A program made the translations under genes and the position numbers. Below, piece by piece: positions 1 to 19,869 of a stretch of 64,000 bases of DNA. This stretch comes from the human T2T-CHM13v2.0 reference genome, Homo sapiens: NCBI RefSeq assembly GCF_009914755.1, contig NC_060936.1, one strand, 5' to 3'. The notes beneath the pieces were generated by a model. It did no database searches and had not been told where the DNA came from. It saw only the letters and a program-made list of their open reading frames with translations. Each line of letters opens with the position of its first letter. Position 1 is the first letter of the stretch.

Positions 1-1
1 A

Positions 2-338
<337 letters not shown>

Positions 339-2810
339 CTATGGAGCATAGTATAATATGCTGCCTCTCAATATTTTACTTTTATGTGTACTGCTTTCTC
401 TTATTTTTAATTTGGTGGGGGTAATGTCTTCCCTTTTATCACTCCAGAACTCAAGTGATTTTTCTAGAAAATACTAAACATTTTTCAGACAATGACATAA
501 CTTCAAATCAAAGGTTTACTTTTAAAATAAGCCATTTCCCCCATGCTACTTTTCATCCTTTCCTACCGGCACTCTCTACCCCACAATGATATCTCATTCC
601 TGGGAGGATGGATGGAAAGCTGAACAATATGGGGCGAGCTCAGAACTCTCTCTTCCTATCTAAGGGTTTAAGGATGGGGTTGGACCAATGTGGACCAACA
701 TGAAGCTAAAACCTTGGTGCTAGGGTCTAGGAGTGGGACCAGCTCAGCACAAGGGAGCACACACAGGGTATGGGTCATGTGATTAGCCTTGGAACCATAC
801 AGCCTCAGGGAGGTGATGTCATGAAGTCGAAGGAATCTCTTTTTTTCATGTTCTTTCCCACTAGATCCTGAATGTTCTTCAAGACCCTCAAAGCTTTCCT
901 GATTCCTAAAAAAAATATTGATCATTTCCCTTTGAACATCACATATAACGCTTGAACTTTTACTTTTCCTCAATGTAACCCTGAGATATATTGTCTTATA
1001 ATTTTTCCCAAATAATGATGCTCAACATGTTTAGAACATGAGCTATCTCTTCCCCAAAAACCTGTACCTTTTGTGTTTACTATGCATGCATATTCATCCA
1101 ACAAAATGCACTAACAAATGTAAAAGTCTGGGCATCACAGCTTATTCCTTCATCTCCATAGAGCTCTCCACTTAAATGATCCATTTAACAACCTGCCCAC
1201 TAATAACTATTTTACAAATGACTTGAGTGAAACTCGGAGATGATAAATAACTCACCTAATGTCACTCAACTGTAAATAATGGAGCAGGAATTCAAATTCA
1301 GATTGTATGCATCAGGGACCAAGGCTCTAACTAACATACTATTTAATTATTTTAGGTGCTTGGTAATGTGTTCTAGCAGTAGCAACAGCACAGAAACAAT
1401 AAGAACAACTACATTAATGTCAATAACAACAACAGCAACAACTACCATTTATTGAGTTCTTACTATGTTTCAGTCAGTGAAGGAGGTACTTTATATGAGT
1501 TTTCTGATTGAATCCACATGCTATTCATATGGGGTAACTACCACTTATTCTAATTTATAGGTGTGGGAACTGAGGTTCCGAAAATTTAACTAGCTGCTTA
1601 AGGTCATACCTGTTGTGAATGGTCTGGCTGGAAAATAAATCAAGATCTGTCAGGTTCCAAATATCTGCTTCTAACCATAATGTTCCACTGCCTTGTTTTA
1701 ATTAGAAACTTAGTTCACACTGGGTAAAGATATTACAATGGATTCCAAAGAGTGACCCGCAAACAGACAACCTATATGACCTTAGCAAAGTTGTTAAACC
1801 CCTGCTGTGAAACCAGTGTCAACCATGCTAACCTCACAGAGCTGTGGTGATTAAAGAGGTGATGTAATTGAAGTACCTAGAACTTAGCTACCCCATGATA
1901 GGTACTTAGTAACTGAAGAAACCAAGGCTCAGGGAGACTAACCCAGGATCACAGAGAGAGAAAACTTTGGGGCAGGGATCCCAGTCCAGGTCCTCAAAGG
2001 ACAAATCAAGTGTTCTTTCCATTGTACCACACTGCCTCGGTAAATAAGGGGATTTCACTAAATAACCTCCTTGTTCCATTATGGCTCTAGATCAAATCCG
2101 TTCACTTATGTGTGAATCTAGTTTCAGAATTGGAGAGATGTTGTGTGTGCACAGAAGTAACTTATTATTCATATCTGAACAGCTGCCCTACTTCCACAGA
2201 ATTTTAAATAGAGAAAATTAAGACATACCATCCTTAAAACCACAAATAACCATTAAGATGCATTAAATACTCATTGACTCAATAAGTCTATTTCTGGTAA
2301 TCTAATCTCAGGGAATGCAGAAAATGAAAATGTTCATTGAAGTATTATGAAAATAGTAATGAGAAATTTAAAACAAATGAAATATCCTACATCAGAGAAT
2401 TATTTTATATATATCTTATCATATATATCCCCCAAATTAGGTAATTTATATCCAGTGGATATGATACATACTGGATATTATAATATCTGGCGGATATTAT
2501 ATATCAATTCACATGATGACTAGAAAGGCCATGACGCTCTAGGAAAGTCACTTGTGCAATAATGTGAAGTGAACCAGAAGGATCCAAAACTGTTTCTATG
2601 CCATAGTGATCACCAACCACGTTCTTAAAAACAGGAAGCTAAGAAGCACATGAAAACAGACTGGAAACATCCAGGTGGCTGGGAATCATGGCTGCTTTTT
2701 TTCCCCCTTTATTTTACACATTTCATGTAATGTTATAAAATTTATTTTTATAACTAAAAGGTACAATGAAGAACTGCAACAATGAATTTGATTGCAAATG
2801 TTTTATATTA

Positions 2811-3326
<516 letters not shown>

Positions 3327-3606
3327 TCAGTGTCCCTCCTTCCTTGGCCTCCTAAATTGCTGAGATTACAGACGTGAGCCACCACATCTGGCCTAAACCC
3401 AGTTTTAACTGGGACGTTTCACTGCCGTGAACACTTTACATTTCCTGAGTCAGGGCTAGTCCCAGAGCAAGGTGAAGTGTGAGTGAGCACAGCATAATAG
3501 GGTTCAAATTCTTCTCTCTAAGGAGCTACTGTCATGAAATAGAAAGGGGTTTAGGGACAGTCCTTAGAGAAAGTTGTGTGATCAAAGAACACAAGGTCTT
3601 TGCTTA

Positions 3607-4020
<414 letters not shown>

Positions 4021-4093
4021 TCATGCCCAACTGGTCACATGGGCCGTGGAACACAGCCTGCTTGCCAGTAATTAGCAGCTACATTATGGCAGG

Positions 4094-4178
4094 AGATAAA
4101 CCAAAGTTCACTTTGTGTTTGCACCCAGAAAGGTCAGAGCTATAAACAGAGAGATTAGCTGGGCCTCACCCAATAAAA
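4094..4178 (-). promoter_or_regulatory. GUCY2C: GUCY2C proximal promoter: HNF4-type DR1, GATA and CDX-type sites
   Basis: TGAACTTTGGTTT (minus, 4098-4110), AGATAA (4094-4099), TTTATAG (minus, ~4139-4146), CCAATAAAA (4170-4178). HNF4A and CDX2 are established regulators of this promoter. Confidence 0.8.
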
Positions 4179-4356
4179 ATGCAATAATTTGTGATGCATC
4201 ACTGGGAAGAGGGAAAAGAGAAAGAGGGCAATACATCATATATGTAACAAACTTTGTGAAGTGGAAAATAAAGGTCAAAGGGCTTTAGGAAAACACAGCT
4301 ACAATTGACTATTAGTGCTTAAGTTTTAGCTGCACATTGAAACGAAATCCTTAACT

Positions 4357-5385
4357 TTATATATATATATAAAGTATATATATATATATAAAGTATATAT
4401 ATATATAAAGTATATATATATAAAGTATATATATATATATATAAAGTATATATATACTTTAAGTTCTGGGATACATGTGCAGAACGTGCAGGTTTGTTAC
4501 GTAGGTATGCACATGCCATGGTGGTTTGCTGCACCCATCAACCCGCCATCTACGTTAGGCATTTCTCCTAATGCTATCCCTCCCCTAGCCCCCCACCCCC
4601 CAACAGGCCCTGGTGTATGATTTTCCCCTCCCTGTGTCCATGTGTTCTCATTGTTCAACTCCCACTTACAAGTGAGAACATGCGGTATTTGGTTTTCTGT
4701 TCTTGTGTTAGTTTGCTGAGAATGATGGTTTCCAGCTTCATCCATGTCCCTGCAAAGGACATGCACTCATCCTTTTTATGGCTGCATAGTATTCTATGGT
4801 GTATATGTGCCACATTTTCTTTATCCAGTCTATTATTGATGGGCATTTGGGTTGGTTCCAAGTCTTTACTATTGTGAACAGTGCTGCAATAAACATATGT
4901 GTGCATGTGTCTTTATAGTAGAGTGATTTATAATCCTTTGGGTATATACCCAGTGATAGGATTGCTGGGTCAAATGGTATTTCTGGTTTTAGATCCTTGA
5001 GGAATTGCCACACTGTCTTTCACAATAGTTGGACTAATTTACACTCCCACCAACAGGGTAGAAGCGTTTCTATTTCTCCACAGCCTCTCCAGCATCTGTT
5101 GTTTCCTGACTTTTTTAATGATTGCCATTCTAACTGGCATGAGATGGTATCTCACTGTGATTTTGATTTGCGTTTCTCTAATGACCAGTGATGATGAGCT
5201 TTTTTTCATGTTTCTTGGCTGCATAAATGTCTTCTTTTGAGAATTGTCTGTTCATATCCTTTGCCCACTTCTTGATGGGGTTATTTGTTTTCTTCTTGTA
5301 AATTTGATTAAGTTCTTTGTAGATTCTGAATATTAGCCCTTTGCCAGATGGATAGATTGCAAAAGTTTTCTCCCATTCTGTAGGT
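4357..5385 (-). mobile_element. 5'-truncated L1PA with TA-rich degenerate tail
   Basis: L1 3' UTR and ORF2 C-terminus ([18 protein letters not shown]; IKITVRYHL). (TA)n/AAAG array at 4357-4457. Confidence 0.95.
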
Positions 5386-5519
5386 TAAGCAGCAACTACT
5401 TATTAAGATTTGACTATGTGTTGAGCATTGGCAAGGCACTGAAGATATAGCCATGAACAACATAGATACATTAATGTCCTCATGGAACATGCATTCTAAT
5501 GGGAGAAGGCAAACATTAA

Positions 5520-5876
<357 letters not shown>

Positions 5877-5899
5877 TTAATTTTAATTTTTAGGGGTAT

Positions 5900-8350
<2,451 letters not shown>

Positions 8351-9045
8351 GGATGGGTTCAATCCCGGGTCTCCCAGAGAGAGGACGGGACCTTCACAGG
8401 ATTCAGCTTTGATACAGAAGAAAAGTGCTGTGATTATTTTATGGGGCAGGATAGGTTGTTGTGGGTGATTGACAGGACTGGGTGCTGCATGGGGATTTGT
8501 AATGGATGTCAGTACCAGGCTGAAGACAGGCACATGGCCATCACAAGGATGCTCAGCCTTTGCTACAGGTAACGATTTTCTGTGTGGCACATTGGTGGCC
8601 AAGTTTGAACTCAAACACGGTTTTCTAACTATTAATTTGTTGCTCTTTCCACTTCCTGGGGCAGGAGAAGGAATAGAATACACTGTTTTTATTTTTAAAA
8701 AATGTGGTCCAGAAATTACAAGTATAAAAGAAAGCCATGTGGAGGGAGTTGATGAGATAGATAAAACTGCCAGGTGCTTTGATTCAGCTATAAAGACAGT
8801 AGGTAGGTGCAGTTCTGGGAATCCTCTGATTATAGCATGTAACCAGGATCATAATTCCAAATGTGAAGGATCAAAATAGCAGTCCTTCCTGAATCCCTTA
8901 AGACAAATAGTGTGTCTTCTTTGTGTCATAAAACTATAAACATGCAGATCATAATTAAATGTAGGCAGGTTCTGCTGGGAGAGTTTCAAGAGTCAAAACC
9001 AAATAATAGAACATTTGAGTTGGCAGCTTTAGGAGACATATTCTT

Positions 9046-9705
9046 GGCTATGGTCTGAATGTTTAGGTCTCCCTCAAATCCATGTGTTGAAATCCTAACC
9101 CCCAAAGTGATGCTATTAGAAGGTAGGGCCTTTGGGAAGTGATTAAGTCATAAGAGGAGAGCCCTCATGAATGAGATTATAAAATCTGGGGCCTCTTTTA
9201 TAAGAGCCCCAGAGGTCTTATAAAACAGGCCCCAGAGAGACCTCTCCTCCCCCTACCATTTGAGGACACATACAAAAGGCAGCTGTCTCTGAGCTGGAAA
9301 GCAGGCCCTCACCAGACACTGAATCTGCCAGTGCCTTGATCTTGGACTTCCTCCATGTAGGCCCTGTGATGGGGGATGCAGCTCCCAGGGCCAAAGTGTT
9401 ATCAGCTGAGAAACAGAAGGTCCCTGAAAGGCCACTAAAGTGAACTGATGAGTGGCTGCAGTCTAAATTTTATAGATTTTTTTTTAATGGGTTACCTCCA
9501 TTTGGATTGGTTGAACTTACCAACAGTTTGTATCTTTCGTTTGGTGAGGTAACTGCAAATACAGCTGCTTCTGGGGAAGAGTTGTAGTACTAATTAACAC
9601 ACTTATTTTTTACGATTTTAACTTTAAAACATAAAACACTTTCTGAAGTTTATAAGTCACCCAGTTTATGGTATTTTGTTATAGCAGCCCAAACAGATTA
9701 AGACA
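9046..9705 (+). mobile_element. MLT1A-type MaLR LTR containing a ~285-bp foreign insert
   Basis: GCTATGGTCTGAATG...GATCTTGGACTTCC [insert 9352-9639] TTTCTG..TTTATAAGTCACCCAG...TAAGACA. Confidence 0.85.
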
Positions 9706-9751
9706 CTCTTCAATACAGAACAAGATCCTTTAAAGATAAGGGAAAAGAAAG

Positions 9752-12037
<2,286 letters not shown>

Positions 12038-12383
12038 CTACTTCATTCATACAGCAGGTATTTATTGAGAGCCTTCTAATTGTTCTCAGCATGAAAGTTA
12101 TAGCACAGACAAACAAATTTCTGCCTTCATGATCATTGTATTCTAGTGGGAATTTAAAACTGATAAAACATGACAATATAGTTAACTTTTCCCAAACCTT
12201 CAAGTCTGTGCCATATGCAGCTTGCCTAATATGTGGGAACAATGGAAAGGTGATCAGATCCATGTCTAGACTGATGGGATAAGAACAGGAACAGGATGTC
12301 AAGATGATTCACAGAAGCAGGAGTTTAAAGTCAGAAAGGTGATCAGGGTAACTCAGGACTTCAGGGACTTGATCAAACATTCG

Positions 12384-12791
12384 TGTATTAGTCCATTTTG
12401 CATTGCAGGTATAAAGGAATACCTGAGACTGGGTAATTTATAAGGAAAAGAGGTTCATTTGGTTCATAGTTCTGCAGGCTGTACGAGCATGGCATCAGCA
12501 TCTGCTCAGCTTCTGGGGAGGCCTCAGGAAGCTTTTACTCATGGCAGAAGGTGAAGGGGAAGCAGGTGTGTCACATGGCAAGATAGGGAGCAAGAGAGAG
12601 AGGATGAGGTGCCAGGCTCCTTTAAACAAGCAGATCCTCCATGAACTAACAGAGCAAGAACTCACCCATTACCATAGGGAGACCTTTCATGAAGGATCTT
12701 CCCCCAGGGCCCAAACACCTCTCACTAGGCCCACGTCCAACATGAGGGGTCACATTTCAACGTGATATTTGGAGGGGACAACCATTCAAAC
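12384..12791 (-). mobile_element. MST-family (MSTB-like) MaLR LTR interrupted by HERV-H; last bases at 18018-18029
   Basis: TGTATTAGTCC...CATGGCAGAAGG...CAAAC|TATATCA termini. Confidence 0.85.
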
Positions 12792-13275
12792 TTTCATGCA
12801 TGTCCGTGTGAAGAGACCACCAAACAGGCTTTGTGTGAGCAATAAAGCTGTTTATTTCACCTGGGTGCAGGTAGGCTGAGTCCGAAAAGAGAGTCAGCGA
12901 AGGGAGATAAGGGTGGGGCCGTTTTATAGGATTTGGGTAGGTAAAGGAAAATTACAGTCAAAGGGGGTTTGTTCTCTGGCGGGTAGGAGTGGGGGTCGCA
13001 AGGTGCTCAGTGGGCAGGAGTGGGGGTCGCAAGGTGCTCAGTGGGGGTGCTTTTTGAGCCAGGATGAGCCAGGAAAAGGACTTTCACAAGGTAATGTCAT
13101 CAGTTAAGGCAAGGACCGGCCATTTACACTTCTTTTGTGGTGGAATGTCATCAGTTAAGGTGGGGCAAGGCATATTCACTTCTTTTGTGATTCTTCAGTT
13201 ACTTCAGGCCATCTGGGCGTATACGTGCAAGTCACAGGGGATGCGATGGCTTGGCTTGGGCTCAGAGGCCTGACA
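12792..13275 (-). mobile_element. 3' LTR of HERV-H (LTR7Y-like)
   Basis: Direct repeat of 17534-18017. Confidence 0.9.
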
Positions 13276-16200
13276 TTCCTGCCTTCTTATATTAATAAGA
13301 AAAATAAAACAAAATAGTGTTGAAGTGTTGGGGCGGTGAAAATTTTTTGGGGGGTGCTATGGAGAGAGAGTGGGCGATGTTTCTCAGGGCTGCTTCAAGC
13401 GGGCTTAGGGGCGGCGTGGGAACCTAGAGTGGGAGAGATTAAGCTGAAGGGAGGTCTTGTGGTAAGGGGTGATATTGTGGGGATGTTAGAAGAAACATTT
13501 GTCGTATAGAATGATTGGTGATGGCCTGGATACGGTTTTGTATGAATTGAAAAACTAAATGGAATAACAGAAGGAGAAAAACAGGTATAAAAGGTCTACG
13601 AATTGGGACGACTCGACGGCTGATTAGAGAGTGCTTAAGGAGATTTGGCATAGTCCTGCCAGCAAAGATTATTTATTTACTTCAAGAGTTAAGAGTGGCA
13701 GTTTGGGGATAGCACCAGGAGATATCAGCTGTGATGGCTTGGAAAAACAGTGTAAACTGGCAGTGTAAACAAGAGCAGGGCATGTATGAGTAGTTGAGAA
13801 GGGTGAATAGGAGTATGACTAGACAGAAAATAGTAGGGATGACAAGTTTTTTTTTTTTTTTTTGAGGCACAGTCTAAGTTGGTCTGGTGTCTGGAATGAG
13901 ACTGGGGCCTAATAAAAAGGAGCGTCTATACAGGACCTTAAATGGGCTGTACCTTGTAGCATTCTGAGGACAGGCCAGAATTCTGAGAAGGGAAAGTGGT
14001 AAAAAGTATTGTCCAGTCCTTTTTAAATTGGTGGCTGAGCTTGGTGAGGTGTGTTTTTAAAAGACCTTTAGTCCGTTCTACTTTTCTTGAAGATGGAGGA
14101 CCATAAGGGATATAAAGGTTTCACTGAATACTAAGAGCCTGAAAAACTGCTTGGCTGATATGACTAATAAAGGCTCGTCTGTTATCAGACTGTATTGAGG
14201 TGGGAAGGCTAAACTGAGGAATTATGTCTGACAGAACAGAAGAAATGACTGCGGTGGCCTTCTCCGACCCTGTAGGAAAGGCCTCTACTTATTTTGAGGG
14301 CCTCTAAAAGTATTAAAGCAGCGGCAGCCACTGCACGCAGACATGAGGGCTAGGCTAAAACAGTAAGGTCAAGTTGTTTGGACAGAAAGGCTACAGGGTG
14401 TGGTCCTGGCTCTTGTGTAAAAATTCTGACTGCGCTAACCATGCCTAGGAAGGAAAGGAGTTGTTTTGTAGAAGGTGCTTGGGTTTGAGAGATCAGTCGG
14501 ACACGATTGGCAGGGAGAGCACGTGTGTTTTTGAGAATTATGCCGAGATAGGTAACAGATGAGGAAGAAATTTGGGCTTGATTGAAGTAATGGGGGCTGT
14601 CTGTGAAGCTTTGCGGCAGGACAGCCCAGGTAATTTGCTGAGCTTGATGGGTGTCAGGGTCAGTCCAAGTGAAAGCGAAGAGAGGCTGGGATTAAGGGTG
14701 CAAAGGAATAGTAAAGAAAGCATGTTTGAGATCCAGAACAGAATAATGGGTTGTGGAGGCAGGTATTGAGGATAGGAGAGTATATGGGTTTGGCACCACG
14801 GGGTGTATAGGCAAAACAATTTGGTTGCTAAGGCGCAGATCCTGAACTAACTTGTAAGGCTTGTCTGGTTTTAGGACAGGTAAAATGGGGGAATTGTAAG
14901 GAGAGTTTATAGGCTTTAAAAGGCCGTGCTGTAGCAGGCGAGTAATAACAGGCTTTAATCTTTTTAAAGAGTGCTGCGGGATGGGATATTGGCGTTGAGT
15001 GGGGTAAGGGTGATTAGGTTTTAATGAGATGGTAAGGGGTGCATGATCGGTCGCCAAGGAGGGAGTAGAGGTATCTTATACTTGTGGGTTAAGGTGGGGG
15101 AATACAAGAGGAGGACGCAAAGGAGGCTTTGGATTGGGAAGAAGGGCGGCAATGAGATATAGCTGTAGTCCAGGAATAGTCAGGGAAGCAGATAATTTAG
15201 TTAACGTGTCTCAGTCTAATAAGGGAACTGGGCAGGTGGGGATAACTAAAAAGGAGTGCTTAAAAGAGTATTGTCTAAGTTGGCACCAGAGTTGGGGAGT
15301 TTTAAGAGGTTTAGAAGCCTGGCCGTCAATACCCACAACAGTTATGGAGGCAAGGGAAACAGGCCCTTGAAAAGAAGGTAATGTGGAGTGAGTAGCCTCC
15401 GTATTGATTAAGAAGGGGACGGGCTTACCTTCCACTGTGAGAGTTACCCGAAGCTTTCGGTGTCCGTGATGGTCTAGGCGGCTTCCGAGGCGATCGGGCA
15501 GTGTCAGTCTTCAGCCGCTAAGCCGAGAAGATCTGGGAAGGAGTCAGTCAGAGAGCCTTGGGCCGGAGTTCCAGGGGCTCTGGGAGTGGCTGCCAGGTGA
15601 GTTGAACAGTCCGATTTTCAGTGGGGTCCCACACAGATGGGACGCGGCTTAGGAGGAATCCCAGGCTGCGGGCATTCCTTGGCCCAGTGGCCAGATTTCC
15701 GGCACATGTAGCAAGCTCCTGTGGGAGGAGGTTCTGGAGGAACGCCTGGCTGCGTTTCAGGCGTTTGGAGTTCTTGTGTGCTGGAGATGTGGCTGGGGTT
15801 TGTCTCACAGTGGAGGCAAGGAATTGCAACTTTTTTCTATTATGGTACACCTTGAAGGCGAAGTTAATTAAATCCTGTTGTGGGGTTTGAGGGCTGGAAT
15901 TTAATTTTTGGAGTTTTATTTAATGTCGGGAGCAGATTGGGTAATAAAATGTATATTGAGAATAAGACGGCCTTTTGACCTTTTAGGGTCTAGGGCTGTA
16001 AAGTGTCTCAGGGTTGCTGCCGAATGAGCCATGAACTGGGCTGGATTTTTATATTTGATGAAAAAGAGCCTAAACACTTCTGATTTGGGATAAAGAAAAA
16101 GGAGCATTAACCTTGACTATGCCTTTAGCTCCAGCCACCTTTTTCAGAGTAAATTGCTGGGCAGGAGGGGGAGGGCTAGTCACGGAACGAAACTGTAAGC

Positions 16201-17513
16201 CGGACCGGGTGTGAGGAGGGGAGGTGATAAAAGGATTATAGGGTGGAGGAGCAGAGGCTGAGGAAGAATTGGGACCTAGCTCAGCCTGGCAAGGAGCAGC
16301 CTGGGGAGGAAGGGAGAGGTCAGATGGGTCTGTAGAAAAGGAAGTTTAGAAAGACTCAGCGACGCTTGGGGTTGGTACTGAGGGGACAGGCGGGAGGGAA
16401 AGAAGGAAGATTTGGGACGAGTTGCACTGGTCACAGAGACTAGGAAGGGACTGATGTGTAAAAGAATGCCTGGACGTCAGGCACCTCAGACCGTTAGCCT
16501 ATTTTACGACAAGAATTATTTAGATTTTGCAGGATGGAAAAATTCAAAGTGCCATTTTCTGGCTATTTGGAACTACTGTCGAGTTTGTATTGGGGTCAAG
16601 CGGCATTGCAGAAGAAAATAAGGCATTTAGGTTTTAGGTCAGGTGTGAGTTGAAGAGGTTTTAAGCTTTTGAGAACACAGGCTAAGGGAGAAGAAGGAGG
16701 AATGGAAGGTGGAAGGTTGCCCATAGTGAAGGAGGCAAACCCTGAGAAAAGAGAGCATAGAGACACGGAGGAGGGGAGTGGGGTTCTTGCCCTCCAGAAA
16801 AGCAGAGAGGGGGTTGGGACACGGAAATAAGGGATTGGGGCACAGAGATAAGAGGTCAGGGTGTGGAAATAAGGGATTGGGGCGCAGAGATAAGAGGTTG
16901 GGGTGCGGAAATAAGTGATTGGGGGGTTCTTGCCCCCTAGGAAAGCGGGACTTGCCGCTAAGGGTGAAGGAGAAGGGGTTGAGGGGTACTTGCCCCTGCC
17001 CCAGGAAAGCAGAGAAGGGGTAGATACAAGGAGAGAAGAGGTTGAGGTACTTGCTCCTTCCCCAGAAAAGCGGGACTTGCCGCTAAGGGTGAAGGACCAA
17101 GGCAGGCATCCCTGCATGGTCTGACACCCTTGAAATGTGGCTGAATGATCAGAGAGGCCGTCCCTGCAATGATTAAACACCAAGGGAAGGCTGCCTTCCC
17201 AGTCCGTGACCGGCGCCAGAGTTTTGGGTTCATGGATAAAACATGTCTCTTTTGTCTCTACCAGAAAATGAAAGGAATTGAAATTAAGAGAAGGGAGAGA
17301 TTGAAGTGTGGCGCCAAGATTGAAAGGAGAAAGAGGTTGAGGGATAGTGAGGGAGGTTGGAGAAGAGAGTAAAAAGAGGCCGCTTACCGGATTTGAAATT
17401 GGTGAGATGTTTCTTGGGCTGGTCGGTCTGAGGACCTGAGGTCGTAGGCGGATGTTTCTCACAGAGCAAAGAGCAGGAGGACAGGGGATTGATCTCCCAA
17501 GGGAGGTCCCCCG

Positions 17514-17531
17514 ATCCGAGTCATGGCACCA
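17514..17531 (-). other. tRNA-His primer binding site
   Basis: TGGTGCCATGACTCGGAT, 2 nt after the 5' LTR. Confidence 0.9.
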
Positions 17532-17533
17532 AA

Positions 17534-18017
17534 TTTCATGCGCGTCCGTGTGAAGAGACCACCAAACAGGCTTTGTGTGAGCAATAAAGCTGTTTATTTC
17601 ACCTGGGTGCAGGTAGGCTGAGTCCGAAAAGAGAGTCAGCAAAGGGAGATAAGGGTGGGGCCGTTTTATAGGATTTGGGTAGGTAAAGGAAAATTACAGT
17701 CAAAGGGGGTTTGTTCTCTGGCGGGTAGGAGTGGGGGTCACAAGGTGCTCAGTGGGCAGGAGTGGGGGTCGCAAGGTGCTCAGTGGGGGTGCTTTTTGAG
17801 CCAGGATGAGCCAGGAAAAGGACTTTCACAAGGTAATGTCATCAGTTAAGGCAAGGACCGGCCATTTACACTTCTTTTGTGGTGGAATGTCATCAGTTAA
17901 GGTGGGGCAAGGCATATTCACTTCTTTTGTGATTCTTCAGTTACTTCAGGCCATCTGGGGGTATACATGCAAGTCACAGGGGATGCGATGGCTTGGCTTG
18001 GGCTCAGAGGCCTGACA
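17534..18017 (-). mobile_element. 5' LTR of HERV-H (LTR7Y-like)
   Basis: Starts TGTCAGGCCTCTGAGCCCAAG. Contains both the ~49-bp and ~32-bp U3 tandem repeats typical of type Ia/LTR7Y. I count 6 differences from the 3' LTR. Confidence 0.9.
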
Positions 18018-19869
18018 CAAACTATATCAGCTGGGGAGGGTTATTGGATCTTCTACAAGTATGAAAAGAGATTCAAAGTAGTCTTAGCTAGACAACAACG
18101 TGGAGTGAACCCAATGACACAAAATCATTCCTAGTGTTTCGCATCTAAACCTAGTGCTAGTGTCTGGGATGCTTCAAACTGACAGGCTTGTTTCTTTTCC
18201 TTGGTGTACCAGTGTCCTGGATTCTCCCCTCCCCCATTCCAACTCTATTCAATGCTTGAGCAGTGTCTTCCTCTCCCTCCTTCCCAAATACCGTGTTCTC
18301 TGTGCTCCAGAAAGGTTGGAGCAGGTGATTGTTACACTTGTCAAGGATAGATGAAAAATCTGTTAAATTTTCTTCTGCCTCTTGGATTGGCTCTTCTGTC
18401 CAGGTGGTTGTGTTTACATACTAAGGAAAGTGTGTTTGGAGACAGTAGCAATATGTCTCAGCTATAATAAACTTGTCTGTGTGCTGGAAACACTTCCTGT
18501 TTTCTCCTAAATCAAACACAACATAAGGAACAGACACAGTTCACTCCCTAGGGTGCCAAAGCGTGGTTAGTTGGGCTGATATTTCAACAGTTATAAAGAA
18601 ACTCTGTATTATTCATAGAAAAGTCAGCTAACACTCTTGTTTTTGCCCTTTAAGGCAGCTGAAAGATTACTTCCTTATGTAGGTTAAAATGATAGCTTAG
18701 AAAAGAAAGAAAGACTGTGATTATTTCTCTGAAGTGTAAACAGAGAAATGGTGAGTTTTGTTTATTGACGTATCCTTACCTTGTGGTTAAAAAGGTAGGG
18801 AAAGCATTTAAATAACAGAATGGCATATCTTGAGACAAAGAGGAGCTTCTTTGAATTCTAGGAGACAGTTTTACACACACACACACAACTTGGAGCTGGA
18901 TTTGAACCTTGTTTTGGCTCTTTGCTAAGCATATGAACTTTGGGCAGGTTACCTATATTTGCCGATCCTCAGTTTTCTCATTTCTAAAATAAATTTACTT
19001 TCTATCCTAACCAATTTTCCGGCTTAGGCCTAAGCTGTGACCCTTGCTGGATTTTGGACATGGGTAAGTGTGCAAGGCGATTGATGGGATCTGCTCAAAC
19101 AAAATCCAAGTACCTGTGGTTCAAGAGTAAGTAATCCATTCTAAGAAAAACAGGCAAGCATTGACGTGTACAGATTAGCTGTCGTATTACTCAAATCTGT
19201 CTGCAGTTCAGCCCATAAATTCATACCTTAGTTTAAGGGAGAAAAAGGCCTGGAAAAAAAAACTGGAAGAACAACCCAATAGGGCACTGACTGAATATTA
19301 AGACAGAGATATCATTGCTTAGGGCCCCTCTACCAGGCTCCATCACATAAAGGGGAGGCTGTTGTTCCTGGCCTGGGCCCTGTTCATCAGGCCTGAGCAC
19401 CACCTGATGAATGCTCATGCTCAGCGGGTCCATGGCAGTACCCAGCATACGTAGGCAGATTGGACAATGTTCAAAACATGCCCAGCAACTTCTAGAAATA
19501 CAGGGTCAACAACAAGTGAAAATAAGTTACTACTCTTGCTATAAACTTTGCAGATCCCAGTGTGGGGAAATTTGGGTTCATTACATCAGAAAATGGTATC
19601 ATAAAGTTCCTGGCACCTAGCTGAGTAGGTGCTCAACAAATGTTAATTATTGTTATTCTTCGATGCCTTTCTGTACACAGCAGAATAGATTACTCCTTTC
19701 TTTTTGAGGCTTTTGTGCATTATAGATATTTCTTACCTAACATTAAACATTTAATTGAAACTAATTTAATTGGAATTTTAAAATATATGCCAATTTTATT
19801 ATATTAGAAAAGAATGGTAGTGGGAAGAAATTCTAGTGATATTCAAGAAATGACAGGCTAGAAGTGATT

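Larger units (their letters stand above)
12792..18017 (-). mobile_element. HERV-H provirus (~5.2 kb, internally deleted, non-coding)
   Basis: Two 484-bp LTRs and 5-bp TSD CAAAC (12787-12791, 18018-18022). PBS-His at 17514-17531. Broken gag, protease (FLINTEATHS, 15211-15435), RT (YNSPILPV..YKLVQDLR..DLKHAFF, 14692-15057) and an env remnant. Confidence 0.97.

Noticed and set aside
16596-17642. 348-aa ORF on minus
   Set aside because: HERV-H U5/leader sequence, pyrimidine-rich and stop-poor, with no domain similarity; not evidence of a gene.
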